Assembly (NCBI GenBank): GCA_965140415.1
Contig: OZ223209.1
Coordinates: 2,752,001 to 2,816,000, forward strand
Direction of reading: 5' to 3'
Length of the DNA: 64,000 nucleotides
DNA from: Myxococcota bacterium
GTDB lineage: Bacteria > Myxococcota_A > SURF-8
The notes beneath the pieces are model-generated. The model was given only the letters and a program-made list of their open reading frames with translations, searched no databases and was not told the DNA's origin. Below are positions 9,692-19,261 of the stretch, piece by piece (position 1 is the stretch's first letter; each line of letters opens with the position of its first letter). A program made the translations under genes and the position numbers.

Positions 9692-12600
9692 TTACTTCTC
9701 TTCTTTCAACTGCTTGACCGTCCCCATCAGACGGGCCGGAGCCCCATCCGCCGTTCGTTCGATAATCCGGCCTTCATCGCTCAGTGTCACATAGTCGCCC
9801 TTCTTCGCTTTCAGTCTGTAGACAGCAACGTAGGACGTCTTGCGCCCCTCCAGATGATCCCGCATGGAATCCATGGTCTTGTCGAAATCATCCGGATGAA
9901 TGCGCGAGGTCCAGAATTCGACATCCTCTCCAACCTCCTCGGGGTCGTAGCCGATCACTTCGGCCTTGCGATGGCTTGCCACGACCTTTCCATTCACGAC
10001 GTCCCAGTCCCACCAGGCCAGGCCAGCAGCCTGGAAAGCGAAGTCCAGGCGATCATTACTCGCTTTGATCTTTCGCTCACTAAGTATCCGCTCGGTGATA
10101 TCTTCAAAGGTTGTGTAGACTTGATATGGCGCATCATCACCCTCCTTGAATTCTGGGATGGCGTTGACCATGATCCATCGCATCTGGTCAAGATTGGGGT
10201 TGAAAACACCCATGATGAAACCCGAAACCGGTTGACCCGTCGTCAGGGCCACCATCGAGGGATGCTGATCCCCGGGCAGGTCACTTCCGTCTTCCTTAAC
10301 CGCTTTCCAGCGCAGATCCATCGATGTCCGACCTGCCATCTGATCGATGGTCAAGCCAAGAATTCTCTCGGCGGAAGGGTTGGCGGAGATGATCTTGCCG
10401 TCCGCCGCCTGGTACACGACACCTTGAGCCATCGTCTCGAAGAGGTTCCTGTATTTTGCTTCATTGGCCTTCAAGTTCAGTTCCATGCGTTTGCGATCGG
10501 ACGTGTCCTCGAAGCTGACCGCCAGCCGGTCATTGGGCAGACAGAAGGCATGAATACGGAAGCATCCGGTGAGGCGATCGTCTTCGTAATAAACATCTTC
10601 ACCGTAATAACTCTCTCCGGTTTCCAGCACCTTCAAGAAGCTCTGCGCGATCCCGCTCTTTCGCGCCTCCGGCCAGATAAGGTCGAAGCTTTTTCCCTTC
10701 CATTCATCAGACTTGATGCCGGTCAATTTCTCGGCTTCCGGATTGCCCGATTCGAAAATCAGGTCGTCGTTCTCATCTTTGCGATAGATGAAAAGACCGG
10801 CTGGCATATGCTGAATGATGTCTTCCGATTGCCGTCGGCTCTCACGCAGGTGTTCCTGTGTCCTGGTCAATTCTGAGATATCAACAAAAGTCAGTACGAC
10901 GCCGGAGAACGTCTTGGGACCGATGTGATAAGGCAGAATGCGCATCAGGTAGGTGCTTCCATCCTCCGCCAGCACATCCTTCTCGAAAGTCTTATTGCTT
11001 TCTCGAACCTTTCGGATCTCTTTGGCCGGATCGAAATCAACCAGGCGATGAGCAAGGTGCGTGATAGGGCGTCCGATATCCTTTTCCATGATGCGGAACA
11101 CCCGTCCGACCTCCGGGGAATACTTCCGAATTTCCAGATCCTCATCGAGCAGCAGCGTACCGATACGCGAATGGGTCAACAGGTTGTCCACATCATTATT
11201 CAATTCAGTCAGTTCATTGATCTTGTTCTGATACTCGGAGTTGACGGTATAGAGTTCTTCATTAGTGCTCTGCAGCTCTTCGTTGGTGCTCTGCAATTCT
11301 TCATTGCTCGCGAGCAGTTCTTCGTTGGTCGCCTGCAGTTCCTCGTTGGCTGTTTCCAGTTCTTCGATCGTGGCCTGCAGATTCTCGCGTGTGAATTGAA
11401 GATCCTGTTCCAAATCCCGGATGCGTTGTTGTGCCTCTTCGCTCAGGTCATAACTCGCAGCAATGTCTTCCTTGTCTTTTTCTTTTTCTCGTTTGATTTC
11501 TTCGAGAAAGACCGCTACCAGCGTTTCGTGCCCCTTTTTCTCCGGAAGGGGAATGATCTGCATGTGGACGCTTCGGGTTTCGTTCATATCGCGCAAGAGG
11601 ATGTTGGTGTAAGTAATCTTCTGTTTGCTACGGAAAACCTTTTGAATTCCGGTGGCCAGAGGAATCGCCAGATCCTTGGTTACCATTTTCGAGATATCAT
11701 AGACAGCGCGACCGGAGGGCAGTTTGAAATACCCCCCCGAATCGCCGATGGTATGCAGGATCTCCATGTTCTCGTTGACGACGATTGCCAACGGCACGAA
11801 GTTCTCCGAGAGAAGGTCCAACAGACGATTGATCACCCAGTATTCTTCACTGTTGGCAAAACGCCGCTGATACATGCCGGTCTGACCCGGAATGCGATAG
11901 TGGCGCTGCTCCCTGGGTTCGGCAGAGATGACCTGTCCGGAAGCCTGGGCCTTGCCCTTGGATTTGTATATTTTGTGTTTCTGATGCAGGGTTTCAAAGT
12001 ACTGTTGCATCTCTCCTACGGTTTCACTGGTCCCCAGAAAAAGCACTCCCTCGGCACTGAGAGAGAAATTGAACATTTCGAGGGCTTTCTGCTGCAAAAC
12101 CGGCTGAAGGTAGATCAAAAGGTTGCGACAGCTGACCAGATCGATGTTAGTGAAGGGGGGATCTTTGACCAGATTGTGTTGCGCAAAGACCACCATTTCC
12201 CTCACATGCCGGGCAATCTGAAAATTATCTTCCTTGCGGTAGAAGTACTTGCCGAGAAGTTTCGGCGTCAAATCCGCAGCGATGCTTTCAGGATACAGAC
12301 CCGCTCCGGCTGTGAGGATGGCGTTTTTGTCGATGTCCGTCGCAAAGATTTTTATATCGCGACTGATCCCCAGCTTTTCCATTGCCTCCCTGGCAAGGAT
12401 AGCAAGCGTATAGGCTTCTTCTCCCGTTGAACAGCCGGCCACCCAGAAACGGATTTCCCGGTTTGTAGAGCGTCCAAGGACACTCGGTAGCTGCTTCTCT
12501 TCCAGATATCTCATTGCTTCGGGATCACGGAAAAAGCTGGTGACACCGATGAGCAGCTCACGATAGAGGGTGATGACCTCCCCCGGATAATTCATGATGT

Positions 12601-13404
12601 AGCTGACGTAATCTTCGATATCCTTGATCTGGTTGATGGTCATTCGACGTTCCAAGCGCCGGATGATGGTACTGGGTTTGTAGAAGGTGAAGTCAACTTT
12701 CGTCTTTTCGCGCAACTCGGCGAAAATCCGTGTCATGCTGTCTTCATCCTTCAGCAGCTTTTCGGAGCGCTTTTGACGCGATTCATAGGGATGCTTGACA
12801 AAGGCCAGTAGTTGTTCGGGCATTTCCTCCGGAGGGAGGATAAAATCCGCCACGCCGGTCGAAATGGCCGCACGGGGCATGCCGTCGAACTTGGCGCTCT
12901 CTTCATCCTGCACCATGACCATTCCGCCGAATTCCTTGACCGCGCGCACACCCCGCGTCCCATCGCTACCCGTACCTGAAAGAACGATAGCAACCGCTCG
13001 TTCTGCTTGATCCTCCGCCAGTGAACGCAAGAAGATATCGATTGGAAGGTTAATTCCCGCAGTGGGTTCCTGTTCCTTCAGAAGAAGTTTGCCATGAAAA
13101 ATGGTCAGGTTCGTTTTCGGTGGTATGAGGTAGACGTGATCCCCTTGAACTACCATTCCTTCTTCGGCCCTCAAGACTCTCATTTGAGTCTTCTTGGAAA
13201 GGAGCTCGACCATCAGGCTCTTGTAGTCCGGGGATAAATGTTGAATGACGATAAAGGCCAAGCCGCTCTCCGGCGGCATGCTTTTGAAAAAAGCCTCTAT
13301 TGCTTCAAGGCCACCTGCGCTAGCGCCGACGCCGACATAGTGGGAAGGTCGATCATCCGGTTGATTCTGCTTGTCTTGGCTTGATCCGTTTTCTTTTCAC
13401 TCAT
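9692..13404 (-). CDS. CheB methylesterase-CheR methyltransferase-coiled coil-PAS fusion; apparent 1-nt frameshift near the start
   Basis: VGVGASAGG lies in frame upstream of the track start (13279); [26 protein letters not shown] and SCRNLLIY motifs; ATG at 13404 overlaps the upstream stop codon but is one base out of frame. Confidence 0.88.
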
Positions 13405-13982
13405 TCCTGATCCTTCCTGTCGGAGTCGATAATTTCCATGATACTGATTCGGAAATACGGATTCGATTCGAATTGAAACCCTTCATGCGAACTCAAGCCA
13501 TAATTGGCGGCCTGCAGCCTTACCCAGGGACCAGGCAGTTTGTCCACGAGAAGTTGAATACTTATGCTTTCCGATAAACCGGTTTTCACCAGACGCTTGA
13601 GCCAACTCACGTACTTGGATTGGCTGTCTTCTGAAACCAGGGGGAAGAAATGCTTACCCAGGATTTCGACCAGATCCTTGTGAACCAGACGGGTGAATTC
13701 GAGATTGGCCCGTTGAATGGCTCCATCCGAGTCGACCACCAGATAACCGATGGGGGCGAAATGAAAGAGATCAAAGTATTCGGCCCGTGATTTCTGCAAT
13801 TCTTCATGGGCGCAGCGCAGCTCCTCATTTTGCAATTCCAACTCGATCTGATGGACGCGAAGTTCATGTATTACCCGAATCAGCTCTTCGCTCTCCATCT
13901 TTTCGATATCGATGTTTTCCTCGGTGAGCAGAGCTTCCGCCTGCCCTCGGAGCGCTTCCAGACCACAGTTTTCATTGCTCAT
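13401..13982 (-). CDS. PAS domain protein with ELxVHQIELELQNEEL coiled coil
   Basis: Paralogous to the N-terminus of the 6638-9658 kinase; GGAGGA RBS before ATG 13982. Confidence 0.8.
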   Translation of the reverse strand: MSNENCGLEALRGQAEALLTEENIDIEKMESEELIRVIHELRVHQIELELQNEELRCAHEELQKSRAEYFDLFHFAPIGYLVVDSDGAIQRANLEFTRLVHKDLVEILGKHFFPLVSEDSQSKYVSWLKRLVKTGLSESISIQLLVDKLPGPWVRLQAANYGLSSHEGFQFESNPYFRISIMEIIDSDRKDQE

Positions 13983-14163
13983 TTGATAAATCCTCCGATG
14001 GTCGGATTCGGTTCTGAAATCCGATTCACGCCAGCCATCGCGGCGCAACTTAGCCGGTATGCCTGTCACTTTTTCATACTTCTTCACCTATAAAGTATAC
14101 GGCAAACGAGCAGAAAACATTATACAATTAATTTACACAGACTGGCTATGTAATACCTGTGTA

Positions 14164-15468
14164 TTAGAGAGACTTCAGGTAGGTCACGAGATTCGTCGAC
14201 TGGCCGACAAGGCCCAGCTTTTTCCGGATATTCATCCGGTGGCTGTCGACGCCACGACTGCCGATGTTCAACAAGTGACTGATTTCTTTAGAAGAAAGTC
14301 CCTGTTTGATCATCTCGCAAATCTGAATTTCTCTTGGGGTGAGGCCCAGTTCGGGTCTGGTGAACTTTGAGGAATTTTCTGAAAGCAGATCCCGCAAACT
14401 GCGCTCCAGCAGGCGTTCGTATTCCGCTCGGTGTTTACCTTCCGCCAGCGACAAGGCGGAAACCAGAGGAAGAACGATCTCTTCTATATTGTTGGAGATT
14501 CTACGTTGTAGCGATTTTGATTCCCTCTTTGAGTGGGCGACAAGCTCTGACAGAGCAACGTTCTTCCGCTCCAGAAGGAAGTTCTGTTCCTCGATTTCTC
14601 TTCGTTTCAGAATAAGCTCTCGTTCCAGTTGCTTCTGCTCGGTGATATCCTGGTGGACTCCGATCATTCGAACGGCTTCGCCTTCCCCCGTGCGCTCGAC
14701 AACCCTGGCGCTGGCTCGCATCCAGCGATATTCCCTGTTTTTCGTTCGCAATCGGAATTCATTCTCGTAGGTATCGGGCTTTGTTTTCAGGTATTCCATG
14801 GCGACCGAAAGGGCGCGGTCCAGATCTTTCGGGTGAATCAGCGCTTTCCAATTCTCGAAATCAGCGGGGAACTCGTCCGGCTCATACCCAAGCATACTGT
14901 AGTATCGGGGGCTGAATTGAAGCTCATCGGTGACAAAATTCCATTTCCAAATGCCATTGGTTGTGGCTTCGAGAGTCAGTTCCAATTCGTGCTGATGAAA
15001 GCTTGCTTCCTGCTGAATCTTAACCAGTCTGGTGATTTCCGTGTGCGATCCAAGCATGCGCACAGGATCGCCTTTCTCATCTGCGAATACGGATCCCTGA
15101 GCCAGAATATTCCGGTACGAACCGTCCTTATGGCGGAAACGGAAGCGCGCTTCAAAGTCCGAAGCCACATTGCGGATGTTCTCCTCTACCATCGCAACGA
15201 CCGCTTCCTGATCATCCGGATGAACTCGGCTTTGCCATTCTGCTAGATCGTTGCCGATTTCTTCCGGTTCGTAGCCGATTTGCCGCTTCCATTCGTCGGA
15301 GTATGACACCTTGTTTGATTTCAGATCCCAGTCCCACAAGCCGACTCCGCTGGCTTTGACCGCCTCCATCTCGCGTAAATAAGCTTCACGCTCGATCTCC
15401 TCGATACGCTTTCGAGCAAACTCCAACTCATCGATCAATTGAGCCTTGGTCTTTTCATGGTCCGCCAT
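14164..15468 (-). CDS. PAS-PAS-LuxR family transcriptional regulator
   Basis: Two PAS_3 domains (GLWDWD..RVHPDD); LTPRE..GLSSKEIS..HRMNIRKKLG HTH; start trimmed to MADHEK. Confidence 0.9.
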   Translation of the reverse strand: MADHEKTKAQLIDELEFARKRIEEIEREAYLREMEAVKASGVGLWDWDLKSNKVSYSDEWKRQIGYEPEEIGNDLAEWQSRVHPDDQEAVVAMVEENIRNVASDFEARFRFRHKDGSYRNILAQGSVFADEKGDPVRMLGSHTEITRLVKIQQEASFHQHELELTLEATTNGIWKWNFVTDELQFSPRYYSMLGYEPDEFPADFENWKALIHPKDLDRALSVAMEYLKTKPDTYENEFRLRTKNREYRWMRASARVVERTGEGEAVRMIGVHQDITEQKQLERELILKRREIEEQNFLLERKNVALSELVAHSKRESKSLQRRISNNIEEIVLPLVSALSLAEGKHRAEYERLLERSLRDLLSENSSKFTRPELGLTPREIQICEMIKQGLSSKEISHLLNIGSRGVDSHRMNIRKKLGLVGQSTNLVTYLKSL

Positions 15469-15652
15469 GGTAGCCCCAATGCCATACTGCTCTGAAAATA
15501 CAGCACATATACCTTCTCTCACAATAATTGCGCAGTGTACAATGATGTCAGATAAAAGGCGAGGAAAAGAAGAAAAGTAGATTTGAGATTCAGAGAGTAT
15601 TCGGTCAGCTAAAAGGAAGAGGCTAGCACCTCTTCCCGGGAACAGCGTTCCC

Positions 15653-16504
15653 TTAAACAATCCTTTCGGCGACACCTTCCACATAACCCCATTCTCCCAG
15701 CACCTGCAGAACCGACCAGGGATCGAACGCCCGGCCATCACCGCCGAGGACACCATCAAGGATGACCCAGAACTCGTCCAGGTCACCCTGCCAGTCCTCG
15801 ATGGCTTCGAGCAACTCCGCCGCCTGGTCGGGATTCAGGCCGACGAGTTGCAGTTCGGCGAGGATGTCGTCATCGGACGGCGAGTTGCCGGTGTGTTCGC
15901 TGAATCGACGATCAAGACCGAAGCCGAGATCGAATCCTTCATCCGGCCAGACCAGTCCCCAAGGCGCGGCGGGTGCGTTGACCTTGTCACGCAGTTCCCT
16001 TTCCAACGCCTCGTCCTGTTCCACGTTGGCCAGAAAACCGACCTTGATCTGGTCGACGGTGATGCGCCACGGTGAGTACAGGTCCAACCGAACGCGGAAG
16101 TGTCCGGCCTTGTTCGTCACAATGCTGACGAGCCAGTCGCCGTTGTCCATCTGTTCGATGGTGTCTGCATCCTCCGACGACCAGAAGCAGTTCATGTCGG
16201 CGTGGCTGTGCGCCCAGCAGCGAAGGTCGGACACGTCGTGCCCCGCTTTGACCAACTCGGTCATCAGCGCACCCATCGACTCGCGGTCGGGTGAGGTGTG
16301 GCTGTCGGTGCATGTCTGCTCCGGCAGGAAGAAGGCTTTCACGATGATAGCGCTGCTGTCGGGATCGAGTTCAGTCACCCCGAAGCAGGAAAATTCACCA
16401 CGTGCCGCCTGCGTCCAGACGCGCAACTGCTTCTCTGCTTCAGCCGACAGCAAAACCTTCGGCACACGGTTCGCCAGTTTCCGCTTCGTCTCCGTCGGTT
16501 CCAT
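15653..16504 (-). CDS. JAB/MPN+ metallo-isopeptidase (deubiquitinase-like) with an acidic C-terminal extension
   Basis: GEFSCFG glutamate; WAHSHADMNCFWSSED fits HxH-x7-S-x2-D; start trimmed to MEPTETK. Confidence 0.88.
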   Translation of the reverse strand: MEPTETKRKLANRVPKVLLSAEAEKQLRVWTQAARGEFSCFGVTELDPDSSAIIVKAFFLPEQTCTDSHTSPDRESMGALMTELVKAGHDVSDLRCWAHSHADMNCFWSSEDADTIEQMDNGDWLVSIVTNKAGHFRVRLDLYSPWRITVDQIKVGFLANVEQDEALERELRDKVNAPAAPWGLVWPDEGFDLGFGLDRRFSEHTGNSPSDDDILAELQLVGLNPDQAAELLEAIEDWQGDLDEFWVILDGVLGGDGRAFDPWSVLQVLGEWGYVEGVAERIV

Positions 16505-17987
16505 CTTCCTGCTCGTCATCGTCTTTTTCATCTTCATCAACCCAGGCGCAGCATTCGGATCGGTGCTCGCAGTCCGGGCATTCGGGTTCATTTCGTTCAC
16601 GGCAATCCTCCTCGTTTTCGGGGTGTAAGGCGCACCATTCGCGGTGGCATTGCAGACATTCATACGGCCCGCCGTCGTTGCGGCAATCGTCGCGCACATC
16701 ATCAAGATACGGACAGCGCGAATCCCCGCAGTCCAGGCACTCGCTGGGGGAGCTGTTTTCGTTGCAGCGCTCCCACCGGCTGTCCCAGTGCGGGCAATCG
16801 CGGTCGTTGCATTCGATGCAGCTGGCCTCTCCCGCATCCAGACAGTCGTCGTATTCATCACGATCTTCGTCGAACCATTGAACGTACGGGTCCAGCGGGT
16901 TGTAGCTGGTGATGTATTCGTCGAGCAAGAGTAGCAGCGTTCCCCATTCGCGCTGGGCCATGAGTTTGTTTACGTCATCGCCGATGTTGCCCAAACACGG
17001 GCTGCCCTGCGTGGAAATGTGCGGATGGAAGTAATCTCCGCGCCATTCGTTGTTGCCGACGGCTTCAAACTTAATCAGTTCTTTGCCGGTCAGCTCGATG
17101 CGGCAACGGATGTCACCAAGCTCCGATGTCTCGCCTGAATCCGGATCTTCGATCTGCACATCGGTATGCACGGCCACGAGTTCCGTGTCGCTGATGCTGA
17201 TGGACTGGAATCGTTCACCGACGAGGGACTGCAGCTGCTGGCTGATGCGCTTGACTGCTGCTTCCGTCCGCCCGCATTTCTCGTTGACGGCCAGGCGGAG
17301 CAATCTTTCCTGCTCCCTTTGCTGTGTCAGCGTGGCAATCAGGCGATTGTACTGCCGGGATAACTCCTGCATATTGCTTTCGTTGTCGCGGATGTCCTGC
17401 TGAGTGCGTTCCAAACTCTGGCGGGAGAGCGCGCTGTAGAAGCTGCCAAAGCGGCGTACCGTCTCGACCGGGTTGGGTGTCTGCATGGCATTCCGGCAAG
17501 CCCAGTCGAAGCCGTCCTTGAAGATGTGTGTCAGCAGGGAGCGCTTGGCTCCGAAGGTGACCTCCAGACCATTCTGAAACCTGATGCTGTTTTCATCGAT
17601 GCGACCGATGTACAACGTCGAGCCGTCCAGCGTCCACGCGCCATGTACGTACGGCACCTGGAGTTCGGGGCCGTGCTCCATCGGAAGCCAGCGCTTGCGG
17701 TCTTCGTTTAGCAGCTTGCGCCGCTCACCGGTCACCGCCGCGTTTACCGGCGCCAGGTAGAAGCGGAAATCATCGTCGATGTCGTTCAGCGTGACCAGCG
17801 CGGTCACCTCGCATTCCCGGCTGGTGATGATCGTCGCCACGGGGCCGAGCGTGTACGCCGCATCCGAGCGATCATCTTCCTTCACCTGGACGATGGGACG
17901 CTGATCGGCAGGGTAGTCGAGCAGCCACTCCTGCATGAGTGCCCGAAGGATCTCCGGGATGCGGGTGGTATCGTTAAGCGTGTCCAT
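16440..17987 (-). CDS. Prokaryotic E2-like (UBC fold) protein with an N-terminal coiled coil and C-terminal Cys-rich repeats
   Basis: YFHPHISTQGSPCLG resembles the E2 HPN..G..C signature (Cys codon 16995-16997); GGAGGT RBS before ATG 17987. Confidence 0.75.
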   Translation of the reverse strand: MDTLNDTTRIPEILRALMQEWLLDYPADQRPIVQVKEDDRSDAAYTLGPVATIITSRECEVTALVTLNDIDDDFRFYLAPVNAAVTGERRKLLNEDRKRWLPMEHGPELQVPYVHGAWTLDGSTLYIGRIDENSIRFQNGLEVTFGAKRSLLTHIFKDGFDWACRNAMQTPNPVETVRRFGSFYSALSRQSLERTQQDIRDNESNMQELSRQYNRLIATLTQQREQERLLRLAVNEKCGRTEAAVKRISQQLQSLVGERFQSISISDTELVAVHTDVQIEDPDSGETSELGDIRCRIELTGKELIKFEAVGNNEWRGDYFHPHISTQGSPCLGNIGDDVNKLMAQREWGTLLLLLDEYITSYNPLDPYVQWFDEDRDEYDDCLDAGEASCIECNDRDCPHWDSRWERCNENSSPSECLDCGDSRCPYLDDVRDDCRNDGGPYECLQCHREWCALHPENEEDCRERNEPECPDCEHRSECCAWVDEDEKDDDEQEDGTDGDEAETGEPCAEGFAVG

Positions 17988-18000
17988 AATACCTCCTGAT

Positions 18001-18036
18001 AAAAAGCGAACGGCGGAAGGTTTCCCCTCCGCCGCT
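18001..18036 (-). terminator. Hairpin plus U-tract between the Ubl and E2 genes
   Basis: CGGCGGA/TCCGCCG stem followed by TTTTT on the minus strand. Confidence 0.55.
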
Positions 18037-18057
18037 CTGGTCCTGACCTCCTTTCGG

Positions 18058-18324
18058 CTACTGGTTGACCACCACGCCACCGTCGACCTTCGGCGTGAGC
18101 GCGATGATGTCGCCGTCGTCGGGACGTTCGTGCAATTGGGTGTGGACGCCGTTCAGCGTCGCCATGTAGCCTTCGCTCTGAAAGCCCGCCGAGAGGAGAG
18201 CATCGGCGCAGGTAGAGCCCGCCGGGACGGTGACCTGGTGCTGCCTGCCGATCGAGACGACGGTGACGCGGATGCCGTGATTGCGGTTCTGGGACTGCTG
18301 GTCGTTGCTCTGATTCTGATCCAT
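18058..18324 (-). CDS. Ubiquitin-like beta-grasp protein, pro-form ending ...PKVDGG-VVVNQ
   Basis: 88 aa from ATG 18324 (AGGAGG RBS); VTVPAGSTCADAL..G, LNG and DGDIIALTPKVDGG fit the MoaD/ThiS/Ubl pattern. Confidence 0.85.
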   Translation of the reverse strand: MDQNQSNDQQSQNRNHGIRVTVVSIGRQHQVTVPAGSTCADALLSAGFQSEGYMATLNGVHTQLHERPDDGDIIALTPKVDGGVVVNQ

Positions 18325-18369
18325 GGTTTCCTCCTGGGATTGGAATGGTGGGCGATAGTGCCCGGACAG

Positions 18370-18392
18370 AAAAACGCCGCCTCGTGGGCGGC
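18370..18392 (-). terminator. Hairpin plus U-tract upstream of the Ubl gene
   Basis: GCCGCC-CACGA-GGCGGC-GTTTTT on the minus strand. Confidence 0.55.
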
Positions 18393-18427
18393 TGTGGTCG
18401 ATTACTGTTGCTGTCGTGGGGGGGTCG

Positions 18428-19186
18428 TTACTCGGCTCTGTCGCCGTTCTCCTCGTCCCCATTGGGCTGGATAACGCCACGCAGGTTCTCGAAGATCGTC
18501 TTGAACTGCCTGATTTCCTGCTCGTTGCAGTCTTCTTCCTTCGCCAACTCCAACACGGCATACGTACCGATGGGCATGGTGAGCGAGAGGCGGGTTTTAC
18601 ACGTGAACAGCGGCAGGTCGGCGCGCTGACCGTCCGGAAGCTGGAGCTTTCCGAGGAAGTGGCGCGCCAGATAGCGCTGGACGGGTTTGCGCGACGTGGC
18701 TTTGGCACGGACGATGAACGGATTTTCATCATCCAGATCGATACCAAGCAAGCTGTACACGACATCGCAGTCGGGAGCGGTGGGCTGGCTGTTACCGCGA
18801 CCCCACAAGCGATGTCGGCAGGTGGCGCAGTCCACGACCTCGCCGTCGGTGCGGACACCTTCCACGCCGTCATCCGAACGGCAGTGTTCGGTCATGCCGG
18901 AAGTCTCGCTGTACGTGGCCCACCTTCGGGACTTCTTGATGTGCAACAGGACGCAGGTGATCTCGTCTTTGGCTTCACCAGTCAGGCTGTTGACGAAAAT
19001 GTCTTTCGGAGCCCAGGTTCCGTTATGGAGCTGACGGCGGGTGTTGTAAGCATAGGAAGGGAGCGGCCGATCTTCATTGTCCAGATGGGACAGGGCCTGA
19101 AGACCGGCCAGCTCTTCGATGAGGGATTGGGGGATGGGAAGAATTGGCGCGCCCGTCGCCGGAGGGGAATGGGTGTTCTCGGTCAT
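18428..19186 (-). CDS. Phage-type hypothetical protein with Cys motifs (possible Zn-binding ssDNA-binding protein)
   Basis: HCRSDDG..CATC..W..PDC pattern, acidic tail, AGGAG RBS; function inferred only. Confidence 0.55.
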   Translation of the reverse strand: MTENTHSPPATGAPILPIPQSLIEELAGLQALSHLDNEDRPLPSYAYNTRRQLHNGTWAPKDIFVNSLTGEAKDEITCVLLHIKKSRRWATYSETSGMTEHCRSDDGVEGVRTDGEVVDCATCRHRLWGRGNSQPTAPDCDVVYSLLGIDLDDENPFIVRAKATSRKPVQRYLARHFLGKLQLPDGQRADLPLFTCKTRLSLTMPIGTYAVLELAKEEDCNEQEIRQFKTIFENLRGVIQPNGDEENGDRAE

Positions 19187-19261
19187 GGCGTTTCTCCTCT
19201 GTGAAATTGGGATAGGAAGTAGGAATGGTATTGCGCGACGCCTTCGGGAGCGTGATCGTCA

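Noticed and set aside
9527-12430. Long plus-strand ORFs (449 aa and 501 aa)
   Set aside because: Antisense shadows of the CheB/CheR gene with no recognisable motifs.
15469-15786. N-terminal extension of the LuxR-PAS ORF
   Set aside because: Runs through intergenic DNA and the JAB 3' end; recognisable domain content begins at MADHEK.
16505-16861. N-terminal extension of the JAB ORF as given in the track
   Set aside because: Ala/Thr-rich shadow frame of the E2 Cys-rich region; a better start lies at 16504.
3574-18324. ThiS/MoaD sulfur-carrier pathway or CBASS Cap2/Cap3
   Set aside because: No thi/moa/cys genes, rhodanese or CD-NTase in the window; a separate E2-like gene is present and the E1 lacks MoeB-type CxxC pairs.
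18325-18873. N-terminal extension of the Ubl ORF (271-aa call)
   Set aside because: Overlaps the 18428-19186 gene in another frame and crosses a terminator-like hairpin; a strong RBS precedes 18324.
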